A stretch of 64,000 nucleotides of DNA from Octopus vulgaris (taxonomy: Eukaryota). The notes beneath the pieces were generated by a model that was not told where the DNA came from, did not search any database, and saw only the letters and a list, made by a program, of their open reading frames with translations. The position numbers and the translations under genes were made by a program. The stretch covers positions 46,066,001 to 46,130,000 of the forward strand of contig OX597831.1 of NCBI GenBank assembly GCA_951406725.2, in the 5' to 3' direction. Each line of letters starts with the position of its first letter. The first letter of the stretch is position 1. Positions 53,201 to 64,000 of the stretch are shown in pieces.

Positions 53201-54742
53201 CAGAAGGAAGTGCCGCAGAAATATCATGCCTCGTCCTCCCTCAACGTAAAAATGTGTATGGGTAGGAATTTTCTTCTGGTCGAGTAACCCATTCCGCTCA
53301 AAAGATCCCCGAATAAGGATTGTTTAAGGATGTTGAACGAAACATACATGTTTCCAGAGGGGAATTATCCAAACCTCTAAGAATCCCTCTCAACATATGG
53401 CTATGATGCTCCCCACTACTTCTGCGCGTGATCAGAGATGCACATATCGTCAGCCACGAAGGACATGCTCAACTGGTTAAGGTCAAACAACTGACAAGCA
53501 AATCTGTGGTATTGAGCAGAATATTTGCTGTAGCCCATCTTTTATACCAAGACAAAACAATGTACATGATAACACTTCCAATCAGTTAAGACCAGAAGCC
53601 ATGAGAGCCACTGTCTGGTACTGCATCAGGGCATAATTATAATTATTATTATTATTGTTGTTGTTGTTGTTATTATTTCCTTGTGGTTATATGCCCAGTG
53701 ATTTTTTTCATCGTTTTCTTTGTTCGACCAAATTGTTATCGATTTTTGAACAATTTATAATTTCTTCCAATTATCGTTGTTAGTTTCGGAACTGATTGGG
53801 AGGGCTAGAGAGATCTAGCATTATACACCTTGCTATCATAAAAAGAAAAAAAGTCTTGAAATGGCGCCCATCGAAAAGAGTGCTATTTACAGGTGTGGTG
53901 CCAACAAATACATCACGCCTCCACAGAAATGAAAATAATTTGAAAATTCGGTAAATTAAATATATCAAAACAAGATGAAGAAATAAGCTGACAATTGAAC
54001 AGAGACTTTTGTAAAATAATTCATATTTTGGATACACTGAAAACCTGAGGGAAACAATGGACTTAGGTCAACATTGGGAACGGAAAAAGCTGTGGGAGGC
54101 TATTTTTCGAAAGATACTGCTTTTTGCCTGGAGAATCCTTGCAAGGAAGGATCATCACTCCTGTATCTTGGAAGAAATTATCACTCCTGTATCTTGAAAA
54201 CTGAAAAGGCCACATGCGCCCTCGAAGGCGTAGATTAAAAACATTAAGAACTAGCCAATATGTAGCCCAAGACATGTTTTATCGAACGGAACAGTGTGTA
54301 TGGAAGCATGCACTTTCTCTTTAAGACTGAAGACGAGGCGAGAAAACAGGGGTGCTAGTACCTGGTATATCTGCCCACAATGTTGTGCAGTAAGACATAG
54401 AGATGAAACATAAAGGTTATGGTTTCTGGCGGAGAAGGAGGAGAAACAGAATAGAGAAGAAGACTTCGTGCAACAGAATAGACAACAATAACAACAGCAG
54501 CAGCAAAAACAACAGTAGCATACATAGGCGAGAACTATAGCTACCATATATCTGTAATTGCACTACAGATCGAGACTCTCGGGGCCGCCGAGGAGCTTTG
54601 ATGTCAAGATGCTGAAGGATCTTTCGTCCATCACAGATCCGGCCAGCAGTGGTATTCCGTCATCGCATGAGTTGTAAGCTGTGGAGGACAACAATAGTAA
54701 CAAAAGCAAAAGAAACCAGTAAGCAGAGTAAAATAAATAAAT

Positions 54743-54985
54743 ATTGGGTTGTCTGGAAAGTTTGTGCCGATTTATAGTAGCTTACCTTTCGACTTATTTT
54801 AGAACATGGGTGAGTTCATAAAACAGGATTTGACTACACCTCCATTTAGAGCACAGTTTAAGCTGTCTTTTCGCGGAAGAAAAGTTATGTTTCTATAACC
54901 TGTATTAATTCTGTAACCCTTTAAAGTGGATGTGTTACCCCCACCCTCCATATTCTCCAGATATTGCTCCTTCGGATTCCCTCTT
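54743..54985 (+). mobile_element. Fragment of the same mariner family
   Basis: TIR ttgggttgtctggaaagtttgtgccga and HPPYSPDIAPSD-coding stretch. Confidence 0.75.
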
Positions 54986-56039
54986 TCACACACCCACATT
55001 CATATGCTTATGCATTCCTCTATTCTCCAACCTCGCTTTCTGTTCACTTGTCTAATCTTACACAAAACGTATACAAGCTACCGATAAGATTGACCCAATA
55101 TATTTTGTGCCTTTTCTACTGATTTATGATATAGTTGTTTCTCAGTACATTATAGATTTTTCAGTTTATTAATCAGAACGCATTGTGGTTGGAAACTTTC
55201 TCGCATCTACATTTGTATAAAGTTTCATCAATGGTGTTAAAATCGACTCCTCTCTCTCTACATGTAGTAATATATAAACAACACCGTAAACTGTGCTCCC
55301 AAAATATAGAATATAATTATATTACTGAATTCTCATGACATCAGGATAGATTTATATTAATAGAAAAATCTGAAAAGAAAACAAAAGGACTATATATTAA
55401 AATACAAGAAAAAGATACCAACATTGAGGAGAGTAACATCTTCTGGATAAGTGAGTGATAGATCCCATTAGATTTTAGCTATAGTGCTAAAGAAGTTCGG
55501 TTTTCTATTTTTGTGATAAAAAAAGAAAGGAAAAAACTTTCGAGTTCCTGGTATGTTCTGCCAGGAATTGGAAATGTTTTAAAGTTTTAAAATGAGGTTT
55601 GAAAAATGACGTATTGCAATTATTCTGATGTCATAATAATTATTATATTTATACACAATCTTTAATTACTGCGTCAAATGATCATTACAACGGTGTTTGA
55701 GAATCTGGGACTGATTTTTTAAAATCAGACTAGAAACAATTTTGAAAAAGTGAAAATAGTGATAGCAAAATTCGTTGAAAATTCTGCCAGGTGTTGCGAC
55801 TAGAACATTTGTGTTGTGACTCCCATCTGTTATAATATTGTTCCTATAAATCCTACGATTCAATAATGCTATAAACCAGCAATTCCTAACATTGCTGTAT
55901 GATATCTGATGTGTGTGTGTATGTGTGTTCGAATAAAAAGAACATCCTTATAAGGTATCTTGAGCAAGTATTGGGTTGTCCGGAAAGTTCGTGCTGATAT
56001 ATATATATATACACATACATATATACATATACATGCATA

Positions 56040-56433
56040 TACCTTCAAAGTGGAGAATGGTCGTTTCATCACGACAATGTGCCTGCGAACACCGCCTTGA
56101 ATGTGAGACAGTTTTTGACCAAAAATGGCATGACCCCGTTTATCCACCTTCTCTATTCACCCGATCTTGCTCCTGCGACATTTTTTTGTTTCCTCGAATG
56201 AAAAATGTCCTTAAAGGAAAACGTTTTGAAGACATGGCGGAGATGAAGAGAAAAACAATGGAGGTGTTAAAAGGCATCACTTCGTAAGAGTTCCAGGACT
56301 GCTTCGAACAGTGGAAAACGCATCTGGACCGATGCATGGCTTGAAATGGAGAATATTTTGAAGACGGTAAAAGTATAAACTAAGAGAATATAAAAATATT
56401 ACAAAATTCCGGTTTCTCCTGGGTATTTCTCCC

Positions 56434-56435
<2 letters not shown>
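56040..56435 (+). mobile_element. mariner transposase 3' remnant (second family)
   Basis: HHDN, YSPDLAP, FLFPRMKNVLKGKRF motifs across frameshifts. Confidence 0.75.
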
Positions 56436-56506
<71 letters not shown>

Positions 56507-56560
56507 GAAATATTGCATTTCTAAATCTCTCAGAAAGACTTATACAGTAGCAGCACGGTA

Positions 56561-56714
56561 AAGTGATGGTTTGTTGTCAACTTAACGCGGCAGTCCCAGG
56601 AAAGGGATGATGCTACTGCTATTTAGTACCAGGAAACGATCCTTGGGCTAAATAGCAGTAGCATTCTTCCCTTTCCTGGGACTGCCGCATTAAGTTGACA
56701 ACAAACCATCACTT
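56561..56714. repeat. Inverted repeat (~72-bp arms, short spacer)
   Basis: aagtgatggtttgttgtcaacttaa...ctgctatttag versus ctaaatagcag...ttaagttgacaacaaaccatcactt. Confidence 0.92.
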
Positions 56715-56721
56715 ACTTTAT

Positions 56722-56775
<54 letters not shown>

Positions 56776-57019
56776 CACACACACACACACACACATATAT
56801 TCACACGAAGGGTTGCTGAAAAGTTCCAGGTTTTAAGGTTATCGCAAAAGGCCTGGTTGGAAGCCCAACCTCCCGAGTTCTTTTACAGGACTTAGAAAAC
56901 CTGAAGGACCGCTGCAATAAGTGTTTGAATCTGAGAGGGGAATATAGTGAATAAAATTATAATTAATGATACGCTTGTTTATTCTTTTACCTAAATCCAG
57001 GAACTTTTCGGCATCCCTT

Positions 57020-59143
<2,124 letters not shown>

Positions 59144-59144
59144 G

Positions 59145-59637
59145 CTTCAAGATTGGATTGGTGCCATTTTAGTCTCCTTATATAAATCGGGGCCAAAGGA
59201 TCTGTGTGATAGTTTTCGTGGGATTTCGCTTTTGTCTGTGGTTGGAAAGGTATTCGCCCGTATTTTGATAGAACGTTTAAATACCTCTATTTTTCCAAAT
59301 ATCGTGTCTGAGTCTCAGTGTGGTTTTTGTTCCTCCAGGGGCACAGCTGATTGTATCTTTACTGTCAGACAATTACAAGAAAAGTGCATTGAACAGAATC
59401 TTGCTCTATACCATTGCTTTGTTGATTTGAGCAAAGCATTCGATACTGTTAATCGAAATGCCCTGTGGCTAATTCTAAGGAAAATAGTTAGCCCAGAAAA
59501 ATTTGTAAACATGGTCAAGGCTTTGCATCAAGATATGAAAGCTAGAGTTAATTATGGTGTTTGAATCTTTTACTGTGGAAAATGGAGTAAAGCAAGGAGA
59601 CCTTGATGCACACACCCTCTTTGCAATATACTTTGCT

Positions 59638-59640
<3 letters not shown>
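59145..59640 (+). mobile_element. RTE (BovB-like) LINE RT fragment
   Basis: FRGISLLSVVGKVFARIL, ESQCGF, RQLQEKC, FVDLSKAFDTV, GVKQG. Confidence 0.88.
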
Positions 59641-59671
<31 letters not shown>

Positions 59672-60190
59672 CGTTGGTTATGGCTGGTCAGAATAATTAC
59701 CATTGGTTTAATGCCTATTCTTGCACATAACCCTTTTACTAGTAAAGTATATATATAATATAATATATGTATGCATATATATATATATATATATACATAT
59801 ATATGCGAATACACATGCATATATGGGTACGTCATAAAACGTAAACAACATAAAATACGAAAACATGAAATACGAAATACGAAAACATGGAATCCGAACA
59901 TTTTTTGCGAACATCGAAAAGAACAAATGGAAAACATGACAAGCAACATAAAAAATGACCCTTGTCGCCTGTTTTATCTACTCCACATTTCGAGCGTTTA
60001 CAACATGTGCCTTCGTCAAAACAGTTGGTCCCACATAGCAAATTAAATAGAATTTGGAATGATTTGCGGAGGGGCAAAGTTGATAACAACACCAGGAGAG
60101 TGAATATATATATATATATATATATACGACGGGTACGCGTCTATAGCAGGCACTAACGCACACGTAATTGCACGCACACACACACACACG

Positions 60191-60236
<46 letters not shown>

Positions 60237-60270
60237 TGCACGAACGAGCGCACGCATACACACACATACA

Positions 60271-60347
<77 letters not shown>

Positions 60348-60566
60348 TCTCTCTCTTTCTCTCTATCACCGGTATTGCTTCTGTCATTTTCGCTGGCAGA
60401 AAAACGTCACCAGATCCTTGTCCATCCACGCTTCTTTGTAACGCATCTGATGTTATTGAAATTGCCAATCTCACCTCTATAAACACCGCATGATCCGCTT
60501 TGACCAATAGTAACCAGATTTCTTGTAGCCATCTTGGATTTCCTGTGTTTCTCCATTCGGTAATCT

Positions 60567-60620
60567 AAGCCTGAATGAGCCGGGTTACTGTTAGTAGCCT
60601 GCGAAACTTTAAGTCGCATT
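60567..60620 (+). ncRNA. Hammerhead ribozyme with 1-nt core insertion
   Basis: AAGC-CTGAATGA-GCcGGGTTACT-gtt-AGTAGCCTGC-GAAA-CTTTAAG-TC-GCATT. Confidence 0.6.
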
Positions 60621-61663
60621 GAGCCGAAACAAACTGTTTTATATAATAGTATATTTAACTCCTACTCTTTGTGTTGAGTGCTGTTTTTTTCCGTTTGTTT
60701 TCTCACTTGATTATGTAAGAAATATGAACGCACGTGGTCGCATTGTGTAGGGAATACGATCGCACGTGGTCATATTCTTAACGAATTATTATAAGCCATA
60801 AATACAATGCAGTACCAAAAGAACATAGGTGAATTGACGACAAGCCTTCGGTTGAGAGATAAATATTATTTTATTTACAATCGTGCTGATGTTAGAAGTT
60901 TGTAAGTGTTAGCACATATGTGCGTATGCAACACGTTTTTGTGTCTGTGTGTTCGTGTGTGTGACAGACACAATCAGGGTGAATGCGTGTAGCATAGAAA
61001 GGTACAAAGCATAGAGTTAATAATGGAAATTGGTTTATAGTTTGTATAGCGAAGATGTTAGAGGCGACTCGAAGTTGGTACATGATGGTGGCGACGGCGA
61101 AGATAGTAGGCTTCCTGTGGTGAGTGTACATTAGCGTCGTCGCTAGTTGTAGCAGGAGCAATCGTATATCGCTGGGTTGAGTAGCGCTGTGGTCTGAAGT
61201 TAGTCCTTACAAAGACTGGAACTAAAGACGTAAGTATACTGAAAACACTCCCTTATATACAAGTAAGGTGGCTCAAACGAGCTTAAGAAATGGGATCTTA
61301 ACCAAAGGCCGTGATTGGCTGGCCTGGGACAGTGGCGCGAAATAAGTAGAGACAAATCGCGTCACGTGTCAACCAATCAGGTTAGTGGTTACAACAGGAA
61401 CAAGTTGGCCAAAGATGGCTGTAACCTCAAACGAGATCATTTCTGCCTTGTCTTTCAAACCGTGAAGATATTAGAAATCGCTATAGTCATATTTAAAAAT
61501 GGCTGAAACTGTCATGCTACAATTAGAACCGTGTAGTTACGTATTCCGAACGATTTATATTTGTTTTCATATAACATTCAAATATCGAAGAAAAATAGTT
61601 TTGTGTGGCAAATCATGTATACCAGTTTCTGCATATTTTAAGTTGAAAAGAACTTGTGAATGA

Positions 61664-62779
61664 TTATAAAATGATGGCTTCAACGAATTTCGATATTTTT
61701 TTATTACATGGTTTGAAAAGATTGCGAAATAAAGCAAGCAATTCATTACGAAACTGTCGATTAAAAAGTCCGTAAATATAGGGATTAAGAGCAGAGCTGA
61801 GATAAAGAGAATACGTTAATAATTTGTTAATCACTAGTTCTTTATCACTTGCAACGACTTCAAAATCTTTAACGAGCAACATCCAGAATACTCCGCCGAA
61901 ATGTGGTATATAAGCGATAATCCACACCAAAGTGATGATGAAGAATATTAAATTAGACCGAGCTGGTGGCATTGATTGTTTTTTAAGATGTGCAAAAGTG
62001 GATGGTTGCATCACTGAAGAACGACTATCTGTAAACTGATCTTCAGGTTTGGTAATGGTGCGAGTAGTGAAAGTTTCACGAAACTGAATTGCTTTAATTT
62101 TCTTCGCTTTGTAAATTTTCCAAATGCGCATTCCAATTAATAAGTATATAATCAAAAGAATTATTAACATACAACAGCAAACGGTCGACACGAAAGAATA
62201 ATAGGCTAAAGAATATATTGTGCCATTTATATAGGGAATAAGTGAACACTCCTTTCCTATATTTCCACATCGTTTCACCATTTTGTTTTGTTTGCCGTGT
62301 ACAAAAATTGCTGGTATAGAAACAATAAGCGTGAAGATTGTAAAAAATGCTAGAATCTTTTTTGAATTTCTAACGGAGATATTTTGCTTAAGGGGTCGAC
62401 ATATAAGAATGTATCTATCAACTGCTATAACAAATACAATCAAAGCTGAATTGATTACTGCTACAGCTACCACATAACGTATCACACGGCATGCAGCATC
62501 ATTGTGAAAAGTGTAGGAAAAATGTAGAATCACAATGTCCATAGGTATACATATTATGCAAGTTAGAAAATCACACACAGAGAGTGCTATAATAAACATA
62601 TGCGTGGCTGTCGCATCAAATTTATAATAGTATATGTATGATACAAAGCAATTCCCAATTGTTCCAAGTGCCATTGAAATTCCGAGATACGTTATCACTG
62701 GAAAATAAACATCCACCATTTTAGTATTTAGTTCTTCCAAAACACTAACACAAACGTTGACACTATTGCTTTGCTCCAT
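61664..62779 (-). CDS. Class A orphan GPCR, paralogue 4, 371 aa
   Basis: TIGN, LSVCD, VDRY, CGNIGKEC, AYIPH, NPYIY; intact ORF starting at ATG. Confidence 0.93.
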   Translation of the reverse strand: MEQSNSVNVCVSVLEELNTKMVDVYFPVITYLGISMALGTIGNCFVSYIYYYKFDATATHMFIIALSVCDFLTCIICIPMDIVILHFSYTFHNDAACRVIRYVVAVAVINSALIVFVIAVDRYILICRPLKQNISVRNSKKILAFFTIFTLIVSIPAIFVHGKQNKMVKRCGNIGKECSLIPYINGTIYSLAYYSFVSTVCCCMLIILLIIYLLIGMRIWKIYKAKKIKAIQFRETFTTRTITKPEDQFTDSRSSVMQPSTFAHLKKQSMPPARSNLIFFIITLVWIIAYIPHFGGVFWMLLVKDFEVVASDKELVINKLLTYSLYLSSALNPYIYGLFNRQFRNELLALFRNLFKPCNKKISKFVEAIIL

Positions 62780-62865
62780 TTTCTAATTTTCCTCCAAATT
62801 CTTGGAAATATCCTTTGTAACTTTGAGAACAGTGTTCTGATTTGCAATGGTATTCCTCATACTTC

Positions 62866-62885
62866 CTGGAAAGAGAAAGAAGGGT
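62866..62885 (-). promoter_or_regulatory. Putative 3' splice acceptor of 5'UTR intron, GPCR4
   Basis: Minus strand ...cccttctttctctttccAG, 86 nt before the ATG. Confidence 0.7.
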
Positions 62886-64000
62886 GATTTGTAAATAGTT
62901 TATTTCAAGAGACTCTCTAAAATATAATGCTTTACATTCAGAATTAGGTCAACAAAGATTTGTACAAAAACAAGAAATACGTTTATCAAATATGTGTGTG
63001 TGTGTGTGTGTGTGTTCGTTTTTAACGGTTGAACCCGAAATAGCTGAAGCTGTAAATAATAGCATTATGGTTAAAAAGACCATTTGGAAGGACGAAGTCT
63101 ACTCTTCGGTCTCGAACCTACACGTGTTGTAAACATGATAGACTTTCTGCCATTGAACCAAAGTAATATTTAGAGTTTCTATATTCATTTTCGAAACTTT
63201 GTTCTTACCAGCGAGAACTGCATGTTCTTGACGTCATAACAATTTAGAAATTTCGAGAGAACGTGAAATAATTCGCTTTCAACGGTTAAAATCGAAGTAG
63301 ATAAAGTTATAAATTATAGAGTCTAAATATTGGCTTAAGAAACATTTTGGGTAGAAAAAACCGAATTTATGTAGATATGCACGTATGAATGCATGCATGT
63401 ATGTATATACGCACGTACGTACGTACGTATGTATGTATGTATGTATGTATGTATACATGCGTGTATGTATGTATGTATGTATGTATGTATGTATGTATGT
63501 ATGTATGTATGTATGTATGTATGTATGTATGTATACATGCATGTATGTGAGTCTTTGTGTTTCTGTTTTTCCCTCCTCCCCACCAATTAGCAGCTGGTGT
63601 TGGTCTCCTTAAGTCTTTGTTATTTATCGGTTTGACAAAAGAGAAAATAGTATAAGTTCCAGACTTATTTGCACATCTAAACCCTACAGGGTGGTGCTCC
63701 AACATGCTTGCAGTTCAATGACTGAAACAAGTAAATGGTACAAAATAAGTATTTCCGTAATTTTATTTCTGTTGCACGCTTTCATTATACTGCCAAGCTT
63801 TATAAGCCGTTGGCATGTGTTGTGGCTTGTTTTGGTGTTAATTTTAATACTTGTATAACCTTTTTCTATATTACACTTACAACATCTCTTTACATAGTGC
63901 TTGCAAAACTTCCAGTGTGTGTCGGTCTTAACTCCGTCATGTTTGTGGACATATTACTTCTTGGCTAAGACTGGATAGCCATGTCAATTCCAGTCTCTCC

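Noticed and set aside
59980-60022. TTGACGA..GCTC-GAAAT on the minus strand
   Set aside because: Several core substitutions, no valid cleavage triplet or stem I.

Overview
AT-rich, microsatellite-dense animal genomic DNA. The SINE families and repeat landscape suggest a cephalopod, probably Octopus (inference). The only intact host genes are four paralogous class A (rhodopsin-like) GPCRs, each coded by a single exon (9139-10182 -, 27882-29180 +, 47951-49009 -, 61664-62779 -). Each has a splice acceptor 82-87 nt upstream of the ATG, and all share an unusual signature: an N-terminal Cys, a CGNIGxxC ECL2, no W4.50 or P5.50, and SYxPH in TM6. The intergenic DNA is transposon debris: tRNA-derived SINEs; CR1, RTE, Tx1 and R4-like LINE fragments; Penelope-like RT and GIY-YIG fragments; Helitrons; mariner, pogo and hAT elements. 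The ORF track does not show about 11 dispersed minimal type I hammerhead ribozyme motifs (CUGAnGA...GAAA, near-palindromic helix III, mostly GUH cleavage triplet). They come from several unrelated sequence families. Several lie 3' of Penelope remnants or inside long inverted repeats, including a ~340-bp near-spacerless palindrome with two outward-facing ribozymes. All structures were read by eye; nothing was computed.
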